From assembly GCA_046290225.1 (NCBI GenBank), contig JBKAGE010000038.1, positions 128,001 to 192,000 of the forward strand: DNA of 64,000 bases, in the 5' to 3' direction. Each line of letters opens with the position of its first letter. Within the stretch, counting starts at the first letter, position 1. A program made the translations under genes and the position numbers. The notes beneath the pieces were generated by a model, which did no database searches, was not told the origin of the DNA, and saw only the letters and a list, made by a program, of their open reading frames with translations. Source of the stretch: Bradymonadia bacterium. Its GTDB lineage: Bacteria; Myxococcota_A; Bradymonadia; UBA7976; UBA1532. Shown here piece by piece: positions 40,260 through 50,116 of this stretch.

Positions 40260-40609
40260 GGTTGACCTTTCGATGCGGGTGGCTCGACTCGACTGGCGAC
40301 ACCACTCCGCAAGAGGCGAGCCAAATCTCCGAACGCGGCCTTGAATGGGGTCGTACAGGTGCTCTTATACACCCAATGCACAGCGCTGCTGAGTTCACGT
40401 ACACAAGCCAGAGAACTCGTGCTCGCTCAGGGTGTCGAATCGGGGGAACAACGGGGGAAAGCATGGTGGCGCTCGACCATTCACGCCTGAGCTATGGGGC
40501 GCTCTTCACACTCATAGCTTGCTTCTGTGCACAAAGCTGCGAATCACCTGACCCAGCACCTGCGCAGGATATGTCGCATCACGACACCCACACGCGGCGA
40601 TCCCGTATT

Positions 40610-40772
40610 TAGAGCAGTATAAGGAAGGAACTGATACGGCAGGCGAAGAACATCGGCGAGAGGCCACGCGAAGAAAGCGCAGGTGATGCCAAAGCATTGT
40701 CGAGCATTTCTGAGCTTGGGATCTCGTCGATGGGCGAGCTTGGTGTGTCAGTTCCTTCCTTATACTGCTCTA
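40610..40772. mobile_element. MITE-like element with perfect 25-bp terminal inverted repeats and TA ends
   Basis: TAGAGCAGTATAAGGAAGGAACTGA (40610-40634) and TCAGTTCCTTCCTTATACTGCTCTA (40748-40772) flank a 113-bp non-coding core. Confidence 0.75.
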
Positions 40773-40892
40773 GATCCAGACTTAAACCCGCGAACCTCTC
40801 GCTCTCACTGCTGTCCAACGCATGTTGGGCAGCATCTGTGGGCGGCACCTCGACTCACAGGTCATCACCTCATTCTCGATGGAGCCGAGCCC

Positions 40893-43388
40893 ATGAGAAA
40901 ACGTGATCTGTATTGGTTGAGCATCATCCTGAGCGTCTTCTTCGTCTCGATGCAGCTACTGACGGGTTGCGAAGGGACCCAGCAAGCACCCAAAGGCATC
41001 GAGGCTTTGCCTGATCGGTTCGTCGAGTTCCTCGACATCAATCAACCTGACGAGGAGCCACTCGACGAGGCGAAGCCCGACTCACAGGCGGGGGCCAAGC
41101 CTGACCCACATGCAGAAGGCAAAGGCTTCACAGAAGCGGAGAGCGACCACGACAAATTTCCAAAGATGCGCAAAGTCGTGCGGTCGAAAACCGTCCTCAG
41201 TCGGCTTGGCACCATGGGGGGCGACGGTACGGACAAAGTCGTCGACGACCTGCAGGACGGCGCAAAGCTCGTCGCGCTCAAAGACGCCTTCGACGGCGCC
41301 ACGGGTGTGGCCATGGCCAAGGGCCCTGGTGCTGGCCGTGACACCCGTAGCCGCATCGGTGAAGCCGGCGCTGGTGAGTCAGCCAGCGTGAGCAATGCCG
41401 AGATGCTGGGGCTCCGGGGCGCATCCAGTGCCAGAGTCGAAAGGCGTGTGCGCGGTCGAATCAAAGTCGCGTCACGAGCGACGTCGCAATCAGGACAAGG
41501 CGAGCTCGACGCCACCAAGGTGGCCAGGGTCATCAAGCGGCGACAAGGCGCTCTCAAGAGCTGCTATGAGCAACAGCTCAAGCGGAACCCCAAGCTCTCC
41601 GGCAAGGTGCTCTTGCAGTTTCAGGTGCTCGAGAGCGGCCGAGTCGGCTCTGCGGCCATCGTCCAAAACTCCACTGGCTCTCCCGAGTTCGGGAAATGCC
41701 TCACGGACCGCTTCAGGCGCATGCGATTCCCTCGGCCTGAGGGTGGCGCCGCCAGCTTCACCTTCCCCTTCGCCTTCAGCCCGGTGGACGGGGGCTACAC
41801 GCCACCCACCCCCTCGCCGAACTTCGCCGACCAGAAGCCACCCAAGCCAGAGCCGGAAAAGGAGCGCCCTCCTCCTGAGGAGTCCAAGCGTGTCGCTGAC
41901 AAGCTCACCGAAGACAGTGAGCGTGATCGCGTCGACCACGCGGGTGATCAGATCGCCGTGGTGCCGCCCTCCAAGTTCCTGCCGCGGAGCTTCTACTTCG
42001 AGAACACCTACCTCGCCGGCGACGCAGCCTTGAGCTGGCGCATGAAACGTCTCGACGAGGCCCTCTCCCCACACAGACGGCCCTATGCCCACGCTGGCAT
42101 CACCGAGCAGGACATCGACCCCCCCACCACCCAGGCCCTCGCCCTCGACGTGAGCCTCGATCGGCCCACACTTGAGGCCCCTGGGCGTGTGTTCATGCAG
42201 GTGGGCCTTCGAGGGAGCGAGCGTTTTGGCTGGCGCCGACCGCCCCTCGAGGTGGTGCTGGTGGTGGATACGCTCGATCGCGCGCTGGTGGACGCCGCCT
42301 ATCAATCACTGCGCAAGCGCCTCAACGGCGCCGACCACCTAGCCATCGAGCAGGTCGGTGTGGGCGAGGTCATGCCCATGCGCCCTGGTGATCAGTTGCC
42401 CTTCGAACTGCCCGTCGTGGATCCACCACTTCATCGGTCGAGTACCCTGCGGGGCGCCCTGGAAACCGCCGGCAGCCTGCTTGCAGGTGAAGCCCACCGC
42501 CGTCACCGGGTCCCTGGCAGCAGGATGGTCTTGCTGCTCTCCACCCGACTCGACGATCGCGAGGTCCGCCTCGCCGAGCCTGCAGTGCACGCGCTCACCC
42601 TCAACGGGGTCATCACCTCAGTCTTCGAGCGCACGCTGGGCAGTGATCCCGTGGGCTGGCAGCTCGCCGCCGCAGGTCATGGTCACGCCCACACCATCCG
42701 CGACGCCGCCTCGGCACCGCAGGTCGTCGAAGCCGAGTTCGAAGCCATCGCTCAGGTGGTGGCCCGCCTCGTGCGGCTCAATGTACGCCTCGGCCCGGAC
42801 GTGGAGCTGGTCCGCGTGGTGGGCAGCCGCCCCCTCGAAGCCCCCGAAGTGAAGGCGGTAAAGGCCCGTGAGGTCCGCATCGATCAGATCCTCGGAGAAA
42901 CACTCGGTGTCGAGGCTGATCGCGGGGACGATGATGACGGTGTGCAAACGGTCATCCCATACTTCCTCGGTGGCGACACCCACGTGGTCCTCTTCGAGCT
43001 GTGGGTGAAGTCACCGGGCGCAGTGGCCGACGTCTCTATCCAATACAAAGATCTCATCCAGTCGAACAACGCCACGGCCCACGCATCCGCCTTCATCCAG
43101 TCTGCCCCCCGAGCCCTGGCCCCCCATCATCGACAAGTGCGTCGAAACCTGGCCCGGGCAGAGGTGGCTCAAGGACTGCTCGACGCAGCGACTCAGGCGA
43201 AGCGAGAGGGCAAATGGGCCGCTCGCAGGGTGCTCGGCCAGCTGGGGGCCGGCCAGGAGGACGGTCCTCTGGTGATCAGCGTACAAGCGCTGCTCGACAG
43301 CCAGGCCCCTCAGCAAGTGGTGGCCTCAGCCCTGGAGATCGCCGGCATCAGGCACATCAGCCATCGGGGTCAGCAGGGTCGATGGTGA
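40893..43388 (+). CDS. Lipoprotein with an AgmX/PglI (TonB-C-like) domain and a degenerate VWA-like domain
   Basis: Lipobox LTGC-E; VIKRRQGALKSCYEQQLKRNPKLSGKV...CL..RMRFPRPEGG..FPFAF; RPPLEVVLVVD..RMVLLLS..LAAAGHG..EFEAIAQVVAR. Confidence 0.82.
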   Translation: MRKRDLYWLSIILSVFFVSMQLLTGCEGTQQAPKGIEALPDRFVEFLDINQPDEEPLDEAKPDSQAGAKPDPHAEGKGFTEAESDHDKFPKMRKVVRSKTVLSRLGTMGGDGTDKVVDDLQDGAKLVALKDAFDGATGVAMAKGPGAGRDTRSRIGEAGAGESASVSNAEMLGLRGASSARVERRVRGRIKVASRATSQSGQGELDATKVARVIKRRQGALKSCYEQQLKRNPKLSGKVLLQFQVLESGRVGSAAIVQNSTGSPEFGKCLTDRFRRMRFPRPEGGAASFTFPFAFSPVDGGYTPPTPSPNFADQKPPKPEPEKERPPPEESKRVADKLTEDSERDRVDHAGDQIAVVPPSKFLPRSFYFENTYLAGDAALSWRMKRLDEALSPHRRPYAHAGITEQDIDPPTTQALALDVSLDRPTLEAPGRVFMQVGLRGSERFGWRRPPLEVVLVVDTLDRALVDAAYQSLRKRLNGADHLAIEQVGVGEVMPMRPGDQLPFELPVVDPPLHRSSTLRGALETAGSLLAGEAHRRHRVPGSRMVLLLSTRLDDREVRLAEPAVHALTLNGVITSVFERTLGSDPVGWQLAAAGHGHAHTIRDAASAPQVVEAEFEAIAQVVARLVRLNVRLGPDVELVRVVGSRPLEAPEVKAVKAREVRIDQILGETLGVEADRGDDDDGVQTVIPYFLGGDTHVVLFELWVKSPGAVADVSIQYKDLIQSNNATAHASAFIQSAPRALAPHHRQVRRNLARAEVAQGLLDAATQAKREGKWAARRVLGQLGAGQEDGPLVISVQALLDSQAPQQVVASALEIAGIRHISHRGQQGRW

Positions 43389-44038
43389 GGTTCTTCACGT
43401 GCATGTTGCTTGCTTCCTACGCCCTGGTGGAAGGCACCTCTATCGTCCATGGGCATCCCCCCAGTCCGAGCTTGTGGCCGCTCAACTCGGCCACATCTGA
43501 GCACCAGGACATCGCTCCGGAGGCCACTCGCTCCCCAAAGGTGATTTGCACGTTCAAGCCCACAAAGCATGGCGCTCATGAACACTGTAGCCCTTGCCCT
43601 CACTGGCCAGAATCGCCGCAGAAGTGCCTTCAGGCTCAAGCAGAGCTGGACGCCCAAGCCGTACGAGCAGGGGCCTGTCAACGCATGTCTTCAGCGTCCA
43701 CGCACATCTCTGTGCATCCATCCCTCAGTGACCCCAATGAGTACAAAAAATTCGCCGGCGTGCTCCTAAGGCGCTCGAGCAGCATTCGTCGTTGCGTTTT
43801 CAGAGCCTTTCGCGAGCAATGCCTCGCCCACGAAGAGCTCCTGCCCCTCATCCTCACTGTGACGGTTCGGGTGGGCACTGACGGCAGGACACGCCAGGCC
43901 GATGTCGGGCCCCTCATTGGCCCCTACACGTTGATCTCGTGCATACAAAACACCCTGGAACGCTTTCGCTTTCGTAGAACCCAACTGCCCCACCAGAACA
44001 TGTTCGAGCTCACCTTCCAGCCTCCTCCAGGATTCTGA
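43382..44038 (+). CDS. Small exported protein with a divergent AgmX/PglI-like C-terminal domain
   Basis: Overlaps the upstream stop; hydrophobic N-terminus; SIRRC...VTVRVGTDGRT...LISCIQNTLERFRF...FELTF. Confidence 0.6.
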   Translation: MVRFFTCMLLASYALVEGTSIVHGHPPSPSLWPLNSATSEHQDIAPEATRSPKVICTFKPTKHGAHEHCSPCPHWPESPQKCLQAQAELDAQAVRAGACQRMSSASTHISVHPSLSDPNEYKKFAGVLLRRSSSIRRCVFRAFREQCLAHEELLPLILTVTVRVGTDGRTRQADVGPLIGPYTLISCIQNTLERFRFRRTQLPHQNMFELTFQPPPGF

Positions 44039-44146
44039 AACGTTTGCACATGTTCGTCGTACTCCTCTGTAGTCATTTTCAATGAGCGGGTATGTTGAGT
44101 CATCTGCCCCTGCTCTCAGTGCCTCAACTCGTCAATCGAAGCTGCC

Positions 44147-45112
44147 ATGCCCATCACCCGACGCCTCGTGTTCATGCTCTTCGCCCTCTTTGCTCTCCCT
44201 GCTTGTGGAGGCGCGGACTCCAACGAGCCGGCCAGTGGGGATCCAGGCAATGACGAGCGCCCTGGTGAGGGCACGCCACCGACTACGGATGTCAATCAGT
44301 TGCCCCTCTTCGTCGACACCACCGAGGCTCGAGCCCTCATCGACAGCGGCGCCCTCGTGCTCGACGCCCGCAGCCAGAGCGATTGGAGCGCCGGCCACCT
44401 GCCCAGCGCGGGCAACGCACCATGGCAGACCTTCGTCGAAGGTGAGCAGAACGGGAACCTCTCCGACACTGGCTATGTACAGCAAGCCATGCGCACCCTT
44501 GGCGTGAGCAACAATGTGCCTGTGCTCGTCTATGGCGCGTGGACCGAGGGTTGGGGAGAAGAGGGGCGCCTGTACTGGACCCTCGACTACATGGGCCACG
44601 AGCGTGTGCACATCCTCGAGGGCGGTCTACCTGCCTGGCAGCGCGCCGGTGGCAAGACGAACACCGATGCCCCCTCCCCTGCGCCCGGCAACTTCACCGC
44701 GGCACCTCGACAAGGGCGCATCAGCACCGACGAGCTCAAGGCCCTCATCGACGCCGGTGAGTCCATCATCGTCCTCGATAACCGCCGACAGGAAGAATAC
44801 GAAGGCGCCACCCCATATGGCGCCCCCCGTGGAGGTCACATTCCCGGGGCCATTCATCTGTATTGGAAGGATCTGATCACAGAAGAGGGCCTGCCGTCTC
44901 TGAGCAGCCTCACCCAACGGCTTGCCTTGCTCGGCATCGACGTCGAGCGTCCACAGGTGGTGATCACATATTGCACGGGGGGTGTGCGCTCCGGGTTCGG
45001 CTATGCCGTGCTCCGGGCCATCGGCCACAGCGACGTGCGCAACTATGACGGCTCGTGGTGGGCCTGGTCCCGCAACGAGAGCCTGCCCATCGAGCGGCCC
45101 AGCTTCGAGTAG
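44147..45112 (+). CDS. Tandem-rhodanese sulfurtransferase, lipoprotein
   Basis: Lipobox LPAC-G; LDARS..GHLPSA, ILEGGLPAW, GGHIPGA, active site YCTGGVRS, NYDGSWWAW. Confidence 0.92.
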   Translation: MPITRRLVFMLFALFALPACGGADSNEPASGDPGNDERPGEGTPPTTDVNQLPLFVDTTEARALIDSGALVLDARSQSDWSAGHLPSAGNAPWQTFVEGEQNGNLSDTGYVQQAMRTLGVSNNVPVLVYGAWTEGWGEEGRLYWTLDYMGHERVHILEGGLPAWQRAGGKTNTDAPSPAPGNFTAAPRQGRISTDELKALIDAGESIIVLDNRRQEEYEGATPYGAPRGGHIPGAIHLYWKDLITEEGLPSLSSLTQRLALLGIDVERPQVVITYCTGGVRSGFGYAVLRAIGHSDVRNYDGSWWAWSRNESLPIERPSFE

Positions 45113-45139
45113 ACAGCTCCAAAGTAGAGTGGGCTTAGG

Positions 45140-45155
45140 TGGCACTTTGTTTGCT
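45140..45155 (+). promoter_or_regulatory. Sigma54 (-24/-12) promoter
   Basis: TGGCAC-TTTGT-TTGCT matches TGGCAC-N5-TTGCW with exact GG-N10-GC spacing, just upstream of the protease start. Confidence 0.75.
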
Positions 45156-45168
45156 TAAATCCGCCCAC

Positions 45169-46560
45169 ATGAAAAAAAACGCACATCGCCACGCCCTCTG
45201 GCTCTGCCTGCTCGCAGCGGCCTGCACTGAAGACAACAGCCCCGCCACCGACACTGCTGACGCTGGTCCCAGCATGGCCGACGCCACCTCTGGTGAAGGC
45301 GGTGGCCCCGGTGAGACCGATGCCGGGATGTCCGAAGGCACTGCAGATGCTGCAGTCGACCCTGCAGCAGACGCCGGAGATGGGACACCAGATGCGAACA
45401 TCTCCCTGCCTGACGGCGGCATCAACCCGCCCCCTGGGCAGGACGAGTGCGGTGATATTCGCACCACAGCCAAGGTGTACTACGGCACTCGGGAGCCCAC
45501 CCACGTTCCCCTTACGCCTGGCCAGGTGCTCGCCGTGGGCAGTTTCAACGGGTGTACTGGCACGCTCATCGCCCCCACCTGGGTCCTCACCGCCTCACAC
45601 TGTGGCCTGAGAACCGGTCGTGAGTTCTGCATCGGCCCTGATCCTGACAACCCGGACACTTGCCTCGTGGCCAACCGGGTCTACGAGAACCCCGAGGCCG
45701 ACATGGCCCTCGTGGAGCTCAACAGCGACGCCACCATCGCATTGCCTGGGGTGGAGCCGATCCCCATCATCACCGAAGACATGTCCAACGGATGGATCGG
45801 CCGTACCGCTGAGGCTGCCGGCTATGGGCAGACCCACGACCGGCGCTTCAACACGCGATACTTCACCGCTCAGCCCATCGTGCGCGTGCAGGGTGACTTC
45901 CTCACCATCGACGGCGAGGGCGAGCGGGGCGTCTGCTTCGGCGACTCCGGCGGCCCCGTCATGGTCATCGCTGGTGACAGCACCGTGCGCGTCGCTGGTG
46001 ATCTCAGCAACGGCGACGGCTCCTGTGTGGGCCAGGACAACTTCACTCGAGTGGATCGCTACATCGACTGGATCGAGGGCTACACCGGTCCCACTCAGGT
46101 AGAAGGTGCTGCGTGCGGCAACATCAGCACCGAGGGCCGCTGTCAGGCAGGCTGGGCGGCATGGTGTGGCGACGACGGCCTGCTCCAAACCGAGCAATGT
46201 GCTGGTGCCTGCGGCTGGGACACTGCAGCCAACGGCTTCCGCTGCATCGAGGGCGATGATCCCTGTGGAGGCTATGATGTGTACGGAGGGTGTGACGGTG
46301 ACGTGGCACGCTGGTGCGAAGGCGGAGAGGCCCGGGCCAGAGACTGCGGCGCCTGCGGGCTCTTCTGCGAAGTCGCCCCTGGCATCGGCTCCCGCTGCAC
46401 TGACGATCCATGCGCCTCTGGCGATCTCGACTACCTGGGTCGCTGCAATGAAAATGTGGCCGAGTGGTGTGGTGATGAGGGCTTCCAAACCCGCAACTGC
46501 ACCGAACAGGGGCAGACCTGTCAGTATGTGAACCGCCGAATCGGGTATTTCTGCCGCTGA
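45169..46560 (+). CDS. Trypsin-like (S1) serine protease lipoprotein with Cys-rich C-terminal repeats
   Basis: Lipobox AAAC-T; CTGTLIAPTWVLTASHC, DMALV, CFGDSGGP; three repeats of the type C..G.C.G..A.WC. Confidence 0.93.
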   Translation: MKKNAHRHALWLCLLAAACTEDNSPATDTADAGPSMADATSGEGGGPGETDAGMSEGTADAAVDPAADAGDGTPDANISLPDGGINPPPGQDECGDIRTTAKVYYGTREPTHVPLTPGQVLAVGSFNGCTGTLIAPTWVLTASHCGLRTGREFCIGPDPDNPDTCLVANRVYENPEADMALVELNSDATIALPGVEPIPIITEDMSNGWIGRTAEAAGYGQTHDRRFNTRYFTAQPIVRVQGDFLTIDGEGERGVCFGDSGGPVMVIAGDSTVRVAGDLSNGDGSCVGQDNFTRVDRYIDWIEGYTGPTQVEGAACGNISTEGRCQAGWAAWCGDDGLLQTEQCAGACGWDTAANGFRCIEGDDPCGGYDVYGGCDGDVARWCEGGEARARDCGACGLFCEVAPGIGSRCTDDPCASGDLDYLGRCNENVAEWCGDEGFQTRNCTEQGQTCQYVNRRIGYFCR

Positions 46561-46684
46561 GCGCCCCAAAAAACACACACCTGCACACATCCGGCACTTT
46601 CCCCTACCACTGCCCCGAAAAACCACCTAATATCTCTGATGCCACCATAAACTCCACTCCTGGAGTGTCAGCGAGGAGCATCAG

Positions 46685-47164
46685 ATGGCATCTGCATCAA
46701 GATCACCCACCGGTCCCGATGATGCGCATTGGTCAGGGTGGAACTTCGATGGCTTCTCTACAGATGAGCAGCAAGCATCTCACCTGAGTGCTTCTGCCAG
46801 CGCCTCTCTATCAGAGCGACTCCAAGCACACGACACAGTCCCTGATCTGGGGATGCACAACTGGTCCTCGGAACGGCCTCACCTGATTCCACCAGAGCCG
46901 TTCCACCCTGAGGCCGTATCTGAGCAAGAAGCGCTGCCAGAGATTCAGGCACCCCCCCCGACCTCTGGACGGCACACCCTCGAGCAAAGCATCAGCCTCT
47001 GGGCCCACCGATCTTTCTATGGCCTGGTGCTCGCAGGCGTCTATGGATTGATCAATATGCTCAAAATGCTTATCGGTCCTGAGCAGGAATATGACATGAT
47101 GCCTGGTGAGGAGCCCCGAGATCGAGTTGTCAGACCACTTTGGAGTCGCAACAAAAGACGATGA
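46685..47164 (+). CDS. Hypothetical single-pass membrane protein
   Basis: GAGGAG RBS before ATG and one hydrophobic segment (FYGLVLAGVYGLINML); atypical codon usage. Confidence 0.55.
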   Translation: MASASRSPTGPDDAHWSGWNFDGFSTDEQQASHLSASASASLSERLQAHDTVPDLGMHNWSSERPHLIPPEPFHPEAVSEQEALPEIQAPPPTSGRHTLEQSISLWAHRSFYGLVLAGVYGLINMLKMLIGPEQEYDMMPGEEPRDRVVRPLWSRNKRR

Positions 47165-47330
47165 CTGAGTGTTGATGTGTGTAGCACTCAGCCAAGACAA
47201 GAAGTCTCAGTGATAGAGATTCAATGATGCCAACGGTGCCTGGAAGGCCACTTCAAAAAAACTGTCACATCTTCCACACCTTCCGTATTCATCACTGAAT
47301 CACCTACATCACCCGTTGAGGAGCAGATCG

Positions 47331-47699
47331 ATGGCGGCATCTCATACGCCCACTGATTTCAGTCATCAGACGTGGTCTCATGCATTATCTCATCGACCTG
47401 CTCGTAAAAAGCCCCCCCGCCGTCGGGCGCTTTCAACTCATCGCACGACGACCAGGCCCATCCAGCGAGAGCCGTCAGGCAGGTGGTGCCAAGTGAAACA
47501 AGCTGCCACATCGCTGATGAGACAGGGTTTTTTCTTCGCAGTCCTCGTGGGCGTCGTCGTTCTGGTGTCTTCCCTCGGCCTCGTTCTCTTTCGAGGGCGG
47601 TATTATCGGATGATGACTGGCTCGAAGACTGATCCCATCAAACGGCCCAACCCACATCAGAACGCTCGAGGGTTCAGCGCCGGTGACAACCTGGACTGA
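47331..47699 (+). CDS. Hypothetical single-pass membrane protein
   Basis: GAGGAG before the ATG at 47331 and a TM segment FFFAVLVGVVVLVSSLGLVLF. Confidence 0.5.
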   Translation: MAASHTPTDFSHQTWSHALSHRPARKKPPRRRALSTHRTTTRPIQREPSGRWCQVKQAATSLMRQGFFFAVLVGVVVLVSSLGLVLFRGRYYRMMTGSKTDPIKRPNPHQNARGFSAGDNLD

Positions 47700-47732
47700 T
47701 CTCTCTCGGTATAGATGTCGCAATGGATGGTG

Positions 47733-48431
47733 CTATTCGAACCGATAGCCCACGCCGTGCACGGTCTGAATGAACACAGGGTTACGTGGATCATCCTCGA
47801 TGCGTTTACGCAACTTCGAGACATGTTGATCGAGGGTACGACTGTTGGGCATGTGGTTGAGCCCCCAACAGGTCCGGAAGAAAGTCTCTCGATCGACCAC
47901 GCGCCCCCTGCGCTCTACGAGCAACCGCAAAATCGCGACCTCTCTCAAACTCAACTCGACGGTGTTCTCCGGGCGACGGGCTCTCAGCTCTTCTGGATAG
48001 ATCGTCCATGGGCCCAGTTCGAACGGACGGCGCTGATCAGCTTCTGAGGTCGAGCCCCCGGGCTTGCGCGCCATGGCGCGCCGTGTCACCGCGCGGATGC
48101 GGGCAATGACTTCTTTGACGCCGAAGGGCTTCATGATGAAGTCGTCGGCACCGAGCTCCAAGCCCAGCACCCTGTCGATCTCTTCACTCTTGGCGCTGAT
48201 GAAGATGATGGGCACGCCTTCATCCTGGGCGCGGATCCGACGACATACGTCGTAGCCGCTCATCCCCGGCATCATGATGTCGAGGAGTACGAAGTCGGGC
48301 CGCTCTTCTCCATAGAGTGTGAGGGCAGATGGGCCGTCGACGGCCACGAGGGGGGTGTACCCTTCTCCCTCGAGGATTTCGGTGAGCCCTGTCCGGATCA
48401 ATGGATCATCTTCGGCGATGAGCACCCGCAT
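47733..48431 (-). CDS. OmpR/PhoB-family response regulator
   Basis: VLIAEDD, LLDIMMPGMSG, ISAK, GADDFIMKPF, winged helix RTLDQHVSKLRKRIE, TVHGVGYRF. Confidence 0.97.
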   Translation of the reverse strand: MRVLIAEDDPLIRTGLTEILEGEGYTPLVAVDGPSALTLYGEERPDFVLLDIMMPGMSGYDVCRRIRAQDEGVPIIFISAKSEEIDRVLGLELGADDFIMKPFGVKEVIARIRAVTRRAMARKPGGSTSEADQRRPFELGPWTIYPEELRARRPENTVELSLREVAILRLLVERRGRVVDRETFFRTCWGLNHMPNSRTLDQHVSKLRKRIEDDPRNPVFIQTVHGVGYRFE

Positions 48432-48433
48432 GT

Positions 48434-50077
48434 TCAGCTCTCCTCGGTGGCGGGGGTGTGCAGTGTGAGTTCGAAACAGGCCCCAGTGTGGGTGTCGACG
48501 GCCCCATCGAGCAAGACCAGATCGCCACCGTGCAGCCGGGCGAGTCGACGGGAGATCGTGAGGCCGATGCCCGTGCCCGAGGCCTGGGCCGTGAGCCGAT
48601 CGTCGAGCCGGTAGAACGGGTCGAAGATGCGCTCTCTACTCTGAGCAGGGATCCCAGCCCCCTGATCGGCCACCATGACCCACGTCCGCCCTTCCCCCTG
48701 ACCGGTGATGATCTTGACGCTCTTGGCGCCATACTTCTCGACGTTGCTCAAGAGGTTGCCCACAACCTGCTCGATCACATCGACGTCTGCCATGACCTGA
48801 GCGCCAGCGTGGGCGTCGATCTCAATGGTGATCTGTTTGTCTTCCAGGGCGGGCCGGAAGTGCTCCACGGCGGCTCGGACCACCTCGTCGACGCAGATGG
48901 CCCGGGGTTTGAGCACCAGCTGTTGTCGCTGATCCCGAGCGAAGCTGAGCACATTGCTGATCATGCGACTGAGCCGCTGGCTCTCGTCGACGATCACCCC
49001 CATGTACCGTGCCGCCCGCGGGTCTTCGTCGAAGATGTCCTCGAGAGACTCTCCGAGCAGCTCGGCGTACATGCGGATGTTGGTCAATGGGGTCTTCAGC
49101 TCATGGGAGACCTGGTTGACGAAGGTGACCCGTTGCGCTGCGAGGGTGATGGTGCGGTTGCTCTCTCGATGAAACAACACTGCGAGGCCGATGAGGGCCA
49201 GGGCCACAGCGGCAATGGCAGCCCATCGAGCGAAGTCATCCTCGCCTGCGGGCGGTGGCTCGGTCCAGCTGACGAGGCGCCACGCCCCAAGGGGCGCTGG
49301 CAGGGCAAGCTCTGCCAGGGGGTCAGCGGCCTTGTCGGGCTCGTAGTCCCCCCATTGATAGAGCACCTCTCCACCAGCCTCGAGGAGGGCGGTCCGGACA
49401 GCTGAGGCGCCCACCTCAGGCACCCCGCTGCCGCCACGTGTTCTCGCACGACGCTCGATCACCTCGGTCTCCGGCAAAGCCGCCACCAGCTCCGAGAGCA
49501 GCGCCGCGCCGGGGATCTCGATGCCCAGGGTTCTGGTGCCCATGGGGGTGGTGATCTGTCGCCAGAAGATGAGGGCCATGCCCCCACCGGTGAACCAGGG
49601 CTGCCAGCCATGGGCCTGAATGGTCTGGGGCACCACGATGTTGCTCAGCGAGTCGTTGCCGACGAGATCATTGCTCGGGGTGGGCCCCAGGGCACGGCCC
49701 TCCCACAATCCCCGAGTGCGCTCGAGAAACCGCCGCTCCCACTCGCTCAGCGGGCCGTCGAGAGGAGGAAACACCCGACGACCACGGTCATCGAGGATCA
49801 TGATCTGCCCGATCTCCGGGGTGCGCCTGACGAACTTGCGCAGGGCGGCGACATCGGTGGGCAGATCGTTGGTCAGCTTGACGAGGGCTCGGGCCCGGGC
49901 CTCGATGAGGGCGTCGATCCGCGCCCTCAACGCCTCGAGGCGATTCAGCTCGAGGCGTTTGAACTGCTGGGAGACCTCCACCTCGGCCTCTTGGGCCATC
50001 TTCTCACCGAGCAGGCCGAGGGCCACGAGGGGGGCCACGGTGAGCAGCAGCAACAGCAGGTTCAGGCGGATGTTCAT
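48434..50077 (-). CDS. Membrane sensor histidine kinase (HisKA plus HATPase)
   Basis: Two TM helices, VSHELKTPLT, NLLSNVEKY, DQGAGI, IFDPFYR, GTGIGL. Confidence 0.96.
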   Translation of the reverse strand: MNIRLNLLLLLLTVAPLVALGLLGEKMAQEAEVEVSQQFKRLELNRLEALRARIDALIEARARALVKLTNDLPTDVAALRKFVRRTPEIGQIMILDDRGRRVFPPLDGPLSEWERRFLERTRGLWEGRALGPTPSNDLVGNDSLSNIVVPQTIQAHGWQPWFTGGGMALIFWRQITTPMGTRTLGIEIPGAALLSELVAALPETEVIERRARTRGGSGVPEVGASAVRTALLEAGGEVLYQWGDYEPDKAADPLAELALPAPLGAWRLVSWTEPPPAGEDDFARWAAIAAVALALIGLAVLFHRESNRTITLAAQRVTFVNQVSHELKTPLTNIRMYAELLGESLEDIFDEDPRAARYMGVIVDESQRLSRMISNVLSFARDQRQQLVLKPRAICVDEVVRAAVEHFRPALEDKQITIEIDAHAGAQVMADVDVIEQVVGNLLSNVEKYGAKSVKIITGQGEGRTWVMVADQGAGIPAQSRERIFDPFYRLDDRLTAQASGTGIGLTISRRLARLHGGDLVLLDGAVDTHTGACFELTLHTPATEES

Positions 50078-50116
50078 CGGGCAGACTCGAGGGTGGGCAC
50101 GTCAGCGCGGCGGGCT

